From an uncultured Bacteroidales bacterium (GTDB lineage: Bacteria; Bacteroidota; Bacteroidia; Bacteroidales; JAADJA01), in NCBI GenBank assembly GCA_963705185.1, contig CAVPJF010000033.1, positions 145,894-209,893 on the forward strand: a stretch of DNA of 64,000 nt. Direction: 5' to 3'. Numbering within the stretch: position 1 is the first letter of the stretch; each line of letters begins with the position of its first letter. Below, piece after piece: positions 51,184 through 61,857 of this stretch. A program made the position numbers and the translations under genes. The notes beneath the pieces are model-generated. The model did no database searches. It saw nothing but the letters and a program-made list of their open reading frames with translations, and had not been told where the DNA came from.

Positions 51184-51225
51184 GTTCAAAGTTCAAAGTT
51201 CGAGGTTCAAAGTTTAGAGTTAGGT
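51184..51225 (+). repeat. Heptad tandem array GTTCAAA x6 (most regular copy)
   Basis: GTTCAAA GTTCAAA GTTCGAG GTTCAAA GTTTAGA GTTAGGT. It starts 8 nt upstream of the DegT-family ATG, in the 85-nt purC-to-DegT spacer. Confidence 0.85.
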
Positions 51226-51261
51226 TTGCCAACTGCCGAGTGCCTATTGTCTTTTTATTAA

Positions 51262-52212
51262 TTAAAGTTTAGCATCGAGAAATGCCATGATATTTTGCTC
51301 AATACGATGGATGATATCAGCTGCATCGGATTTCTGAAATTTCTCACCAGTGATGTTTTCGTATAATTCAATGTACCGTTCCGACACGCTCTTAACATAT
51401 TCATCAGTCATAAACGGAACCTTCTGTCCCTCTTTTCCCTGGAATCCGTTTTCCATTAGCCATTCCCGAACAAATTCTTTCGAAAGCTGTTTTTGGTTTT
51501 CACCTTTGGCAAACCTTTCCTCATAGCCATCTTTATAAAAATATCTTGAAGAATCTGGTGTATGGATTTCATCGATCAGGTAAATCTTTCCATTCCTTTT
51601 ACCGAATTCATATTTAGTATCCACAAGGATCAATCCTTTCTCTGCCGCCATTTCGGTCCCTCTTTTAAACAGTGCCTTGGTGTATTTTTCAAGCATTTCA
51701 TAATCTTCGGCAGAAACAATTCCCTGCCGGATGATCTCTTCCTTTGAAATATCCTCGTCGTGCCCTTCGGCTGCTTTTGTTGTAGGTGTAACAATTGGTT
51801 CGGGGAAACGCTCATGCTCTTTCATGCCATCGGGAATAGGAACACCGCAAATTTGCCGTGCACCGTTTTTATATGTTCTCCAAGAGCTTCCGGTGAGGTA
51901 ACCACGAATGATCATTTCAAGAGGAAAGGGTTTGCAAAAATGACCGATTGTAACCATCGGATCAGGAGCCGCAATCTTCCAGTTAGGACATATATCAGCC
52001 GTTGCATCCAGGAATTTTGCTGCAATCTGATTCAGTACCTGACCCTTGTAAGGAATTCCTTTTGGCAATACCACATCAAATGCCGAAATCCTGTCGGAAA
52101 CGATCATCACCATAAATTTATCATCGATGTTGTAAACATCTCTTACTTTCCCAACATAAAGATTTTTTTGCTTTGGAAAATGGAAAGAAGTTTTTGTTAT
52201 TGCGTTACTCAT
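51262..52212 (-). CDS. purC: Phosphoribosylaminoimidazole-succinocarboxamide (SAICAR) synthase, long form
   Basis: 316 aa. [29 protein letters not shown]. Confidence 0.92.
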   Translation of the reverse strand: MSNAITKTSFHFPKQKNLYVGKVRDVYNIDDKFMVMIVSDRISAFDVVLPKGIPYKGQVLNQIAAKFLDATADICPNWKIAAPDPMVTIGHFCKPFPLEMIIRGYLTGSSWRTYKNGARQICGVPIPDGMKEHERFPEPIVTPTTKAAEGHDEDISKEEIIRQGIVSAEDYEMLEKYTKALFKRGTEMAAEKGLILVDTKYEFGKRNGKIYLIDEIHTPDSSRYFYKDGYEERFAKGENQKQLSKEFVREWLMENGFQGKEGQKVPFMTDEYVKSVSERYIELYENITGEKFQKSDAADIIHRIEQNIMAFLDAKL

Positions 52213-52266
52213 ATTTGTTGATGTTTAATTGTTTTTTAATTTAATGTATCTATACTGATATTATTA

Positions 52267-53211
52267 TTACTTATTACTATAAGCCCTGATGATTTTCGTC
52301 ACCAGGCTGTGCCTTACTACATCCCGGTCGTCGAGGTAAATAAAATCGATCCCCTCAATTTCTTTCAACAGTTGTTCAGCTTGCTTTAGGCCTGAACTCT
52401 GATTCCTGGGAAGATCTATTTGAGTAATATCGCCTGTCACAAAGAATTTGGCCGATTTCCCCATTCTTGTTATAAACATTTTAAGTTGCATTTCGGTTGA
52501 ATTTTGAGCTTCATCCAGTATTGCATAAGCATAATCAAGTGTTCGTCCCCGCATAAAAGCCAACGGTGCAATTTCGATGGTTCCGTCTTCCAGGTATTTT
52601 AAAAGTTTTTGCGTCGGAAGCATGTCTTTAAGCGCATCATACAAAGGTTGCAGGTAGGGGTCAAGTTTGTCACGCAGGTCACCGGGTAAAAATCCAAGGT
52701 TTTCACCGGCTTCCACCGCAGGCCTCGTTAAAATGATCCTTTTCACTTCCTTAGCCCTTAGCGCCCTGACAGCAAGCGCCACAGCGGTATATGTTTTGCC
52801 TGTTCCTGCTGGACCGATGGCGAAGACCAGATCATTTTTCTCAGAACTTTCAACCATCTTTCGTTGGTTGGGTGTGAGGGCTTTTACAAGCAAGCCATTG
52901 TTCCCATACACAAGAATTCCGTTCGAAGGACCTGTGGATGCTATCGTTGCAGGGTAATCTTCTTCTCCCAATATCTGCCTGATTTCAGCTTCGCCTAGTT
53001 TGCCAAACCTTTCATAACTCATTAAAAGCATATTGAATTTCTCTTCAAACTCATCCATTTCTTCCAACTTGCCAATGATTTTGATTTCATCTCCACGGGC
53101 AATAATCTTCATTTTTGGGAAATAGAATTTGATGAGCTCAAGGTTTTTATCGTTTACACCATAAATGTCTAGGGGATTGTAGGAAGAAATGCTGATGATG
53201 CGTTCGTTCAT
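52267..53211 (-). CDS. phoH: PhoH family ATPase
   Basis: 314 aa. GPAGTGKTYTAVA, ILDEAQN, TGDITQIDLP. Confidence 0.92.
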   Translation of the reverse strand: MNERIISISSYNPLDIYGVNDKNLELIKFYFPKMKIIARGDEIKIIGKLEEMDEFEEKFNMLLMSYERFGKLGEAEIRQILGEEDYPATIASTGPSNGILVYGNNGLLVKALTPNQRKMVESSEKNDLVFAIGPAGTGKTYTAVALAVRALRAKEVKRIILTRPAVEAGENLGFLPGDLRDKLDPYLQPLYDALKDMLPTQKLLKYLEDGTIEIAPLAFMRGRTLDYAYAILDEAQNSTEMQLKMFITRMGKSAKFFVTGDITQIDLPRNQSSGLKQAEQLLKEIEGIDFIYLDDRDVVRHSLVTKIIRAYSNK

Positions 53212-53357
53212 GCTGTGTTTAGTATGTAAACGATAAATTAAATTTTTTTATGATCAATTTAGTAAAAAAAGCTGTCCATATTATTTTAATACTAACTTTG
53301 ATTCCTGCAAAATTACAAGAATTTGGATTCTTTGTTCACTGATGTTAAGATAAATTT

Positions 53358-54131
53358 ATGCCGATTATAACCCTTACCAGCGACTGGGGTTTGAAAGACC
53401 ATTATTTGGGTGCAGTGAAGGGCGCCATTTTGAGCCGGTTGCCCGAAGCATTGATCATTGACATTACCCATACCATTCCTTCTTTTAATTCAGAACAGGC
53501 AGCTTTTATACTTAAGAATGCCTGGTCTAATTATCCAAAAGGAACTGTCCACATTATCGCTGTTAACACCGAAGAATCGGAAAAATTTCCGCATACTGCC
53601 ATCGAATATAACGGACACTATTTTATCGGAACCGATAATGGAATCTTTTCACTGCTTTGTGATAAACCTCCGGATAAAATCGTTGAGATTCAGGTTCCGC
53701 AGGATACGGATTATTTCACCTTTTCCACACGCGATCGTTTTGTGAAAGTTGCTATCCATCTTGCTAAAGGAGGAAGGATTGAGGAGCTGGGAAAAGTGAA
53801 AAATAGAATCCTCGAAAAGATCTTGCTCAAGCCTGTCATAGATAAGGAGGTTATCAAAGGGCATGTCATGTATATCGACTCATACGAAAACGTGATCACC
53901 AACATTACTGAACCCGTATTCAATGAAAAAAAGAAAGGCCACAAATTTTCCATCTTTTTCAGGTCATATGAAATAAAAAAGATCAGCCGGTCATACCAGG
54001 ATGTCCCGCCGGGTGAAATACTCGCTCTTTTCGATTCCAACCGCTACCTCGAAATCGCAATCAACCAGGGCAATGCAGCCGGACTATTGGGATTGGATTA
54101 TAAGGATATGATCAGGATTGAGTTCCATTAA
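53358..54131 (+). CDS. SAM hydroxide adenosyltransferase family (DUF62) protein
   Basis: 257 aa. ITLTSDWGLKDHYLGAVKGAI...DITH N-terminal pattern. Confidence 0.7.
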   Translation: MPIITLTSDWGLKDHYLGAVKGAILSRLPEALIIDITHTIPSFNSEQAAFILKNAWSNYPKGTVHIIAVNTEESEKFPHTAIEYNGHYFIGTDNGIFSLLCDKPPDKIVEIQVPQDTDYFTFSTRDRFVKVAIHLAKGGRIEELGKVKNRILEKILLKPVIDKEVIKGHVMYIDSYENVITNITEPVFNEKKKGHKFSIFFRSYEIKKISRSYQDVPPGEILALFDSNRYLEIAINQGNAAGLLGLDYKDMIRIEFH

Positions 54132-55360
54132 CCAAAAAACAAATACCCCATAACAATCGCGGCTATTATGCCTGCAAAATCAGCCAGCAGGCCGCAACCG
54201 AGAGCATATCTGGTTTTCTTTATTCCAACAGAGCCAAAATAAACGGCCAGGATATAAAATGTGGTATCTGCTGAACCCTGCACTATGCAGGAAACCCTGC
54301 CGGCAAATGAATCGGCGCCGAATGTCTTCATGGCATCCACCATCATACCCCTTGCACCACTTCCGCTCAAAGGCTTCATGAAAGCAGTTGGAAGGGCATC
54401 CACAAAAGAGGTATCAACATTAATAGCTGCAAATCCGCTTCGGATGCCTTCGATCACCATCTCCATCGCACCGGATGCCCTGAAAGCACCGATGGCTACT
54501 AATATCGCAATCAGGAAGGGAATAATTTTTATGGCGACACCAAAACCTTCCTTAGCTCCTTCGATAAACGATTCATAAATATTGATCTTTTTCCTTAATC
54601 CCAGAAGCATAAAAAAGATGATTATTGAAAACAGGATAATGTTACTCGCAATGGATGAAATTTGGTTGATCTGCTCTTTCGGCAAGCCTGAAAAATAATA
54701 GATGATCCCGAACACCATAAGGGTAAGTCCGCCAATGTATGCCAGTATCACTTTGTCGAAAAGGTTGATCCGCTGGTAAATAGCCACTGATACCAATCCA
54801 ACAAGGGTAGAGAAAAAAGTGGCCAGCAAAATCGGTATGAAAATATCCGAAGGATTGGCAGCACCAAGCTGGGCTCTGAAGACCATAATGCTTATAGGAA
54901 GTATAGTCAGTCCGGAAGTGTTCAGTACCAAAAACATGATCATAGGGTTGGATGCAGTATCCTTTTGGGTATTGGTTTCCTGCATTTCCTTCATAGCTTT
55001 TAGACCCAAGGGAGTAGCTGCATTATCCAGCCCCAGCATATTGGCTGCAAAGTTCATCATGATGGAACCGGTTGCCGGATGGTTTTTTGGGAGGTCAGGA
55101 AAAAGTCTTGCAAAGAAAGGTCCGACAATACGTGAGAATACTTTTACAATTCCTCCCATCTCGCCAATTTTCATCAATCCCATCCATAGGGTTAGCACTC
55201 CGGTCAATCCCAGTGAAATCTCAAAACCAGTTTTTGCGCTGTCAAAGGTTCCGTTCACCATGTTGGGGAATACTTCCATATCGCCATAAAAGATCAATCT
55301 GAAAAGGCCAACTATAAAAGCAATGATGAAAAAAGCGATCCAGATATAATTCAGCGCCAT
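54128..55360 (-). CDS. Nucleoside-recognition-domain membrane protein (fused SpmA/SpmB-like)
   Basis: 410 aa, polytopic. Gate-domain-like GMMKIGE..G and NMLGLDNAATPLGLKAM. Confidence 0.6.
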   Translation of the reverse strand: MALNYIWIAFFIIAFIVGLFRLIFYGDMEVFPNMVNGTFDSAKTGFEISLGLTGVLTLWMGLMKIGEMGGIVKVFSRIVGPFFARLFPDLPKNHPATGSIMMNFAANMLGLDNAATPLGLKAMKEMQETNTQKDTASNPMIMFLVLNTSGLTILPISIMVFRAQLGAANPSDIFIPILLATFFSTLVGLVSVAIYQRINLFDKVILAYIGGLTLMVFGIIYYFSGLPKEQINQISSIASNIILFSIIIFFMLLGLRKKINIYESFIEGAKEGFGVAIKIIPFLIAILVAIGAFRASGAMEMVIEGIRSGFAAINVDTSFVDALPTAFMKPLSGSGARGMMVDAMKTFGADSFAGRVSCIVQGSADTTFYILAVYFGSVGIKKTRYALGCGLLADFAGIIAAIVMGYLFFG

Positions 55361-55691
55361 ATTTTTTTATATCAGAACCCGAAAGTAAATTAAAATTAAA
55401 CTTTACCAACTACAATGCTAAATTGTTTACTAATAAATGAATGTTAATAATTACCAATGAGGTTGTTTTCATTTGTCAGTTTCTTCATGCTGGTTCGATA
55501 AATTTAGGCTCTTTAAACAATTGATATCCGATTTCACCTTATTCAAAGGCGATAAACTATTATCTCCATAAACCCATTAATCACAAATTAAAAATTAGTT
55601 ATTTTTACACTTTCATTACATGGAACTTTTTGACAATTTAACTGTTTGTTAGTTTCGTTGTCTATCAACATCGAATTTTATAGAGAATTAT

Positions 55692-57200
55692 ATGATCAGA
55701 AAAGTACTGGTTGCCAACAGGGGCGAAATTGCTGTGCGTGTGATGCGGACCTGTCGCGAGATGGGCATCATTTCGGTAGCGGTTTATTCTGATGCTGACC
55801 GCACCTCCCTTCATGTGCGCTACGCCGATGAAGCCTATTATATCGGGCCCTCACCCTCGAATGAGAGCTATCTTGTAATTGACAAGATCATTGCGGCTGC
55901 AAAGAAATCAAAGTCAGATGCTATTCATCCGGGTTATGGATTCCTTTCGGAGAATGCAGCATTTTCGGAACGATGCAAAAAGGAAGGTATCATTTTTATC
56001 GGTCCTTCTGCTGATTCAATTTCTACGATGGGCGACAAGATCAGCGCCCGTAAAACCATTTCAAAAGCCGGTGTTCCGGTGGTTCCCGGTACCAAAGAAC
56101 CGCTGACAGGGGAAGAAGAAGCAAAAAAAGTAATTAAAAAAATCGGCCTTCCGGTTATGATCAAAGCTTCAGCAGGAGGAGGAGGCAAAGGAATGCGTCT
56201 TGTTAAAAATGAAAAAGACATCGTGTCTTTCTATCGTGCAGCCCGTTCGGAAGCGAAAGCTGCTTTTGGTAATGAAGCTGTATATGTGGAAAAATATATC
56301 GAATCGCCCCACCATATTGAATTTCAAATCCTGGCCGACATGCATGGCAACACTATTCACCTTTTCGAAAGAGAGTGTTCCGTTCAGCGAAGGCACCAGA
56401 AAGTAATTGAAGAGACACCAAGCCCGCTGATGACACCTAAAGTCAGGCAGGAAATGGGCAAACACGCTGTGGCTGCAGCAAAAGCTTGTGGCTATTATGG
56501 AGCAGGTACTATAGAATTCATTGTTGACGATAAGTTGAACTATTACTTCCTTGAAATGAATACCAGGCTTCAGGTCGAGCATCCCATCACTGAAAGGGTT
56601 GTTGGTATTGACCTTGTGAGAGAGCAGATCAATATTGCTAATGGATTGAAACTATCATACAAACAAAAAGACCTTTACCAAAACGGCCATGCCATAGAAT
56701 GCCGGATTTATGCAGAAGATCCTGATAACAATTTCATGCCCAGTCCGGGAGTCATTCAACACATCACTGAGCCTTTGGGTTTTGGCGTGAGGCATGATGG
56801 TTATGTTTATGAAGGTTTTAAAATTCCGATCTACTATGATCCCTTGATTTCGAAACTAATTGTATGGGGAAAGACGAGAGATGAAGCTATTGCACGAATG
56901 AAGAGGGCTTTGCATTCGTATAAAATCACCGGCGTTAAGACATCTATAAAATTCCTTGAGAAGATAATGAATTGTCCTGATTTTATTGAAGGAAACTACA
57001 ATACCCATTTTATTGAAAAGAATAAAAACTTTCTCGAAGAAAAGGATATATGCAAGGGAGATTGCAAAGCCATTGCTATTATTGCCGCCTTTATTGATTA
57101 TCATAACCGGATTGAGAAAGCGCAGCACAATATTTCTACTGGCAATACTTCGAATAGCTGGAAATTGAGCAATAGGAAAAAAAGTATGTTCAGGGTTTAA
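55692..57200 (+). CDS. accC: Biotin carboxylase subunit of acyl-CoA carboxylase
   Basis: 502 aa. KVLVANRGEIAVRVMRTCREMGI, GGGGKGMR, EMNTRLQVEHP. Confidence 0.95.
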   Translation: MIRKVLVANRGEIAVRVMRTCREMGIISVAVYSDADRTSLHVRYADEAYYIGPSPSNESYLVIDKIIAAAKKSKSDAIHPGYGFLSENAAFSERCKKEGIIFIGPSADSISTMGDKISARKTISKAGVPVVPGTKEPLTGEEEAKKVIKKIGLPVMIKASAGGGGKGMRLVKNEKDIVSFYRAARSEAKAAFGNEAVYVEKYIESPHHIEFQILADMHGNTIHLFERECSVQRRHQKVIEETPSPLMTPKVRQEMGKHAVAAAKACGYYGAGTIEFIVDDKLNYYFLEMNTRLQVEHPITERVVGIDLVREQINIANGLKLSYKQKDLYQNGHAIECRIYAEDPDNNFMPSPGVIQHITEPLGFGVRHDGYVYEGFKIPIYYDPLISKLIVWGKTRDEAIARMKRALHSYKITGVKTSIKFLEKIMNCPDFIEGNYNTHFIEKNKNFLEEKDICKGDCKAIAIIAAFIDYHNRIEKAQHNISTGNTSNSWKLSNRKKSMFRV

Positions 57201-57214
57201 TTAAACGAAAACTT

Positions 57215-57721
57215 ATGGCATTAGAGATTAACATTGACGGGCAATCGGTAAATGTAGAATTGCTAAGTGAAAAAGATAACAAGTACCAGGTTTCCATTGA
57301 TGGAAAGGTTTATGACGTAGATCTTGTGATGGTGGAAAAGGGCGTCTACTCTGTACTTTATAAGAACAAATCCTACAATGTTGAACTGGTTCCCGGGAGA
57401 GAACCAAAGACCTATACCATCGATACCCTTTATAATTCTTATGACGTTGATATTCTGGATGCCGAAGCCAAATATCTCAAAGGAAGGAAGCAGGATCATT
57501 TAGAGGACAACCTGGCTATTTCATCACCAATGCCAGGCAAGGTTGTCAAGATTCTTGTAAAAATCGGTGATAAAGTTAATGCCGGAGATACTGTTATCAT
57601 TGTCTCAGCAATGAAGATGGAAAGTGAATATAAAGTGAAAAATGACAGGATCATCAAAGATATCTTAGTAAAAGAAGGGGATACTATTGATGGAAATCAG
57701 CCCCTGATTATCATTGAATAA
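57215..57721 (+). CDS. Biotin carboxyl carrier protein (biotinyl domain)
   Basis: 168 aa. C-terminal SPMPGKVVKILVKIGDKVNAGDTVIIVSAMKMESEY with the AMKM biotinylation site. Confidence 0.9.
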   Translation: MALEINIDGQSVNVELLSEKDNKYQVSIDGKVYDVDLVMVEKGVYSVLYKNKSYNVELVPGREPKTYTIDTLYNSYDVDILDAEAKYLKGRKQDHLEDNLAISSPMPGKVVKILVKIGDKVNAGDTVIIVSAMKMESEYKVKNDRIIKDILVKEGDTIDGNQPLIIIE

Positions 57722-57745
57722 TTACCGAATTAAAAACCAAGTATT

Positions 57746-59281
57746 ATGTCATTAGAGGATAAATTCAAGCAATTTGAAGAACGGAATAAGCTGGCCGAAT
57801 TAGGCGGTGGAAAAGAAAGAATTGACAAGCAACACAGTGCCGGCCGGAAAACCGCCAGGGAGAGAATAAAAGATTTGCTTGATCCTGAAACTTTCGTTGA
57901 GGTAGATAAATTTGTCACTCACCGGGCTACAGATTTTGGCATGGATAAAAACCGGATCATGGGCGATGGTTTAGTTGCAGGATATGGTAAAATTGATGGC
58001 CGGTTGGTTTATGTTTTTGCACAGGATTTTACTGTATTCGGTGGTACCCTGAGCAGAGCCAACGCCGATAAAATAATCAAGGTAATGGATCTGGCTCTTA
58101 AGATGGGTGCTCCGGTTATAGGGTTAAACGATTCAGGAGGTGCACGTATTCAGGAGGGTGTTGAAAGTCTTGCCGGATATGCAGATATATTTTACCGCAA
58201 TACAATCGTATCTGGAGTAATCCCTCAAATTTCAGCCGTTCTTGGACCTTGTGCTGGTGGTGCAGTATATTCACCTGCAATTACCGATTTTATTCTAATG
58301 GTGAAAAATACAAGCTTTATGTTTGTTACTGGTCCTGAAGTAATCAAAACCGTTACTCACGAAGAAGTAACTATGGAAGATTTGGGTGGAGCAATGACCC
58401 ATAATTCGAAGAGCGGAGTTGCTCATTTTTTAGCTGAAAATGATGAGCAGGCAATGATGATGGTACGTGAGCTTTTGAGTTTCATTCCTTCCAACAATAT
58501 GGAAGACCCACCCATTAAGCCATGCACCGATGATATTCATCGTGAAGATGAAAGACTGCAGACCATTGTACCGGATGATCCTAATAAACCATACGATATA
58601 AAAGAAATCATCAACACGGTGGTGGATGAGCATAATTTCTTTGAGGTGATGCCATATTATGCCCAGAACATCATAATTGGTTTTGCCAGGTTTGGTGGCC
58701 GTCCTGTTGGCATAGTTGCCAATCAGCCAGCAAATCTTGCCGGTGTTCTTGATATTAATTCCTCAACAAAAGGAGCGCGATTTGTAAGATTTTGCGATGC
58801 ATTCAATATTCCGCTGATTACATTTGTCGATGTGCCAGGTTTTCTGCCGGGAACAGCCCAGGAATTTGGAGGTATTATCAAGCATGGAGCTAAATTATTA
58901 TATGCATTTGCAGAGGCTACTGTTCCAAAGATTACTATTATTACAAGGAAAGCCTACGGCGGTGCTTATGACGTGATGTCGAGCAAGCATATTGGTGCGG
59001 ATGTGAATTTTGCTTATCCTACGGCAGAAATTGCAGTTATGGGTCCAGCAGGTGCGGTTAATATTATCTTCAAGGATAAATTAAGTGAACAGGATAAGCA
59101 GCAGGCTGTGGAAGACTATAAAAAAACTTTCGCCAGCCCTTACAAAGCTGCTGCTTTAGGTTATATTGATGAAATTATTTTTCCGAAACAAACCCGGTTC
59201 AAAATAATACAAGCATTGGATATGACTCAGAACAAGGCAAAATCACATCCGGCGAAAAAACATGGGAATATACCTCTATAA
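57746..59281 (+). CDS. Acyl-CoA carboxylase carboxyltransferase subunit (propionyl-CoA carboxylase beta / methylmalonyl-CoA decarboxylase alpha family)
   Basis: 511 aa. [62 protein letters not shown]. Confidence 0.93.
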   Translation: MSLEDKFKQFEERNKLAELGGGKERIDKQHSAGRKTARERIKDLLDPETFVEVDKFVTHRATDFGMDKNRIMGDGLVAGYGKIDGRLVYVFAQDFTVFGGTLSRANADKIIKVMDLALKMGAPVIGLNDSGGARIQEGVESLAGYADIFYRNTIVSGVIPQISAVLGPCAGGAVYSPAITDFILMVKNTSFMFVTGPEVIKTVTHEEVTMEDLGGAMTHNSKSGVAHFLAENDEQAMMMVRELLSFIPSNNMEDPPIKPCTDDIHREDERLQTIVPDDPNKPYDIKEIINTVVDEHNFFEVMPYYAQNIIIGFARFGGRPVGIVANQPANLAGVLDINSSTKGARFVRFCDAFNIPLITFVDVPGFLPGTAQEFGGIIKHGAKLLYAFAEATVPKITIITRKAYGGAYDVMSSKHIGADVNFAYPTAEIAVMGPAGAVNIIFKDKLSEQDKQQAVEDYKKTFASPYKAAALGYIDEIIFPKQTRFKIIQALDMTQNKAKSHPAKKHGNIPL

Positions 59282-59283
59282 TA

Positions 59284-59736
59284 TTAAGATTTGGGAGCGT
59301 TTTCGTTTTCGAAAAGCTGTTTGTATAGTATTTCTTTTTCTTCCTTTACCTGTTCAATGGCAAGATTCAGAGTGTTATTGATTTTCTCAACCTGATCGGG
59401 GACTTCGTCAATATTGATATGATCCCGGGTGTTATTTTCGAGCCGCCTGATATCTTGCTTGATATCATTTATGCAGAATATATCAACTGAAGATTTTAAT
59501 TTATGAGCCAGTTTACTTACACCATCATAATCTTCTTTTTGGAAGCATTTATTCAACTCCGTCAGACTTTCAGGTGTAGCCTGTAAAAATATTTTGACCA
59601 TTTGAAATATTGCTTTTTGGTCCCCGCCAAGCATCTCATTTAAGTTAGTCAAATCAAACATTTTTTTTGAATCTATAGCCATGCTTTCTTTATTTTGTAT
59701 GGGTAACTGAATTAATTTATCAAAAAATTTTAACAT
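59284..59736 (-). CDS. Hpt (histidine phosphotransfer) domain protein; start uncertain
   Basis: LAHKLKSSVDIFCI carries the phospho-accepting His context (HKLKGS-like). The track start is a TTG; in-frame ATGs lie at 59736 and 59682. Confidence 0.7.
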   Translation of the reverse strand: MLKFFDKLIQLPIQNKESMAIDSKKMFDLTNLNEMLGGDQKAIFQMVKIFLQATPESLTELNKCFQKEDYDGVSKLAHKLKSSVDIFCINDIKQDIRRLENNTRDHINIDEVPDQVEKINNTLNLAIEQVKEEKEILYKQLFENENAPKS

Positions 59737-59924
59737 TGTATAACCTTTTAGCAACTATTATACCATATATTCAAGTGCTTGTGAGCAAATAAATTAATGG
59801 GAAAACAACTCTTGTCGTATTTCTCTAATTGAAAAATTTAATGTAAAATTGAAAATTACCACAATTGTTGATTAGTTGAATTCACAGTTAGCTATAAGAT
59901 TTAAACAAATGACATTTTTATATA

Positions 59925-61268
59925 CTAAAGTTCATTATTTTTTAACATTCGGTAAATAGTCGATTTGCCTATATCAAGTTTCTTGGCAACTACCATTACG
60001 TTATTATTGTATTTCTGAAGATAGAATTTGATGATCTTACGAACATATCCTTCCAATGAATCTTCTTCAAGAAGGAAATCACTTTTAGCGTTGGTGGAAT
60101 TGAATGTAATATGATCTTCTTCAATTGTCTGGGAATTTGTCATAACACAGGCCAGCTCCATAACTGCTTTTAATTCACGAACATTGCCGGGAAAAGGATA
60201 CTTTAAAAGTTTTTCCTGTGCTTTCGATGAAATTTCCAGCCTGGTCATTTTATTCTCCTTGCAAAATTCATCAACAAAGGATTTCGCAAGAATAAGAATA
60301 TCGTTACCACGAAATCGTAATGGTGGTATTTCAATAGGCAGTCCCAGTAATCGATAATATAAATCCTCTCTGAAATTTCCTTTTTGAACCTCTTTTGCAA
60401 GATTTCTGTTAGTCGCTACGATCACCCGCGCATCAAATTTTATCGGTTTATTACCTCCCACCCGGGTAAGTTCCTTTTCCTGGATAACACGCAACAATTT
60501 TGCCTGCATATTCAAATCCATTTCACCAATTTCATCAAGGAAGATAGTGCCTTTGTTGGCCAATTCAAATTTGCCGATTTTCCGTGAGTTGGCGCCAGTA
60601 AAAGAACCCTTCTCATGACCGAAAAACTCACTTTCTATTAACTCACTGGGTATGGCAGTTACATTGATAGGCACGAAGGAATACTTTACTCGGGATGAAT
60701 TATAATGGATAGCTTTGGCCACAAGTTCCTTTCCAGTACCTGTTTCTCCATAAAGCGAAACCGTGATGTTGGTGTAAGTGGCTTTTTCAATTAGCTGAAA
60801 TATTTGTTTTATTGCTGCACTGTTTCCTTTTATAATCTTTTTAAATTCATACTTCTTACCAATTTCTTCTTTTAATACATTGATCTCCTCCTTTAATTCT
60901 ATCCTCTCCTTTATATTCTTCAATGTATTCCATAAACGTTCTTTGGTATCTTCATCCTTCACAAAATAATCGTATGCACCATCCTTCAAAAGCCTTACAG
61001 CAGTAGCAACATCTTCCTGCCCTGAAACAATAACAATCGGGATTTCTGGATTAAACTCCCTGACCTTCTTAATCACTTCAAAACCTGAAATATCCGGTAA
61101 AGAATAATCAAGGGAAATTAGTGAAGGATTTTGGTACAAATTCTTCAGACATTCAGAACCGGTTTCAAATTTTATTACTTCATTGTCGGGATTTAATGAC
61201 AGATGATATTTCAGCATTTCACCATACAAAGGATCATCTTCAACAATGAATATCTTGAATGAATTCAT
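59925..61268 (-). CDS. Sigma-54-dependent response regulator (REC, AAA+, Fis-type HTH; NtrC family)
   Basis: 447 aa. REC Asp in LISLDYSLPD, GETGTGKE Walker A, GSFTGA (GAFTGA-type sigma-54 contact loop), C-terminal HTH. Confidence 0.92.
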   Translation of the reverse strand: MNSFKIFIVEDDPLYGEMLKYHLSLNPDNEVIKFETGSECLKNLYQNPSLISLDYSLPDISGFEVIKKVREFNPEIPIVIVSGQEDVATAVRLLKDGAYDYFVKDEDTKERLWNTLKNIKERIELKEEINVLKEEIGKKYEFKKIIKGNSAAIKQIFQLIEKATYTNITVSLYGETGTGKELVAKAIHYNSSRVKYSFVPINVTAIPSELIESEFFGHEKGSFTGANSRKIGKFELANKGTIFLDEIGEMDLNMQAKLLRVIQEKELTRVGGNKPIKFDARVIVATNRNLAKEVQKGNFREDLYYRLLGLPIEIPPLRFRGNDILILAKSFVDEFCKENKMTRLEISSKAQEKLLKYPFPGNVRELKAVMELACVMTNSQTIEEDHITFNSTNAKSDFLLEEDSLEGYVRKIIKFYLQKYNNNVMVVAKKLDIGKSTIYRMLKNNEL

Positions 61269-61857
61269 AGAAATTTATTTCGTTTCGAATTTACTACTTT
61301 TTTGTTTTCCCAAAATGAGAAAAGTTTACCAAAATTTTTTTTATTTCCACAACAGCCAGAAACTGAATGATTTTTATTTATTTTTAAACATTATAAATCA
61401 ATTACTTGCAAATTATGTGCTTTCTTAATTAATAAAAACAGGAATATTACGAAGAATTATAACCATTTGTTACATATTAATTTACGATAGCAACGTTTAT
61501 TGATTCATCGAATTCAGTTTTAATTTTAAGTCTTGAAAGGTTTAAGTATTTTTTTAAGCCCGTCTCGAAAGCCAAAAATGAAAATATCTATAACCTGCCA
61601 ACCAATTCAATAACTCTTTCAAGAAAGGCTGAAACTCCAAATCACAAAAACCTGTGAAACTGAGAATATCAATAATTTCTCTTTATAGAAATTTGGTTTC
61701 TTTATGGCTAAAAAAAGTTGCAGAGCAGACTCCCTATTTTGTTATCAAAGGCATGTCATGAATGCCTCCATATATAGGATGAGTTAAATGAAAATTATGT
61801 CTGATATCTAAAAAATAGTTAGAAAATATGCGTGAGGTTTGACTTTATAAATTGCGA

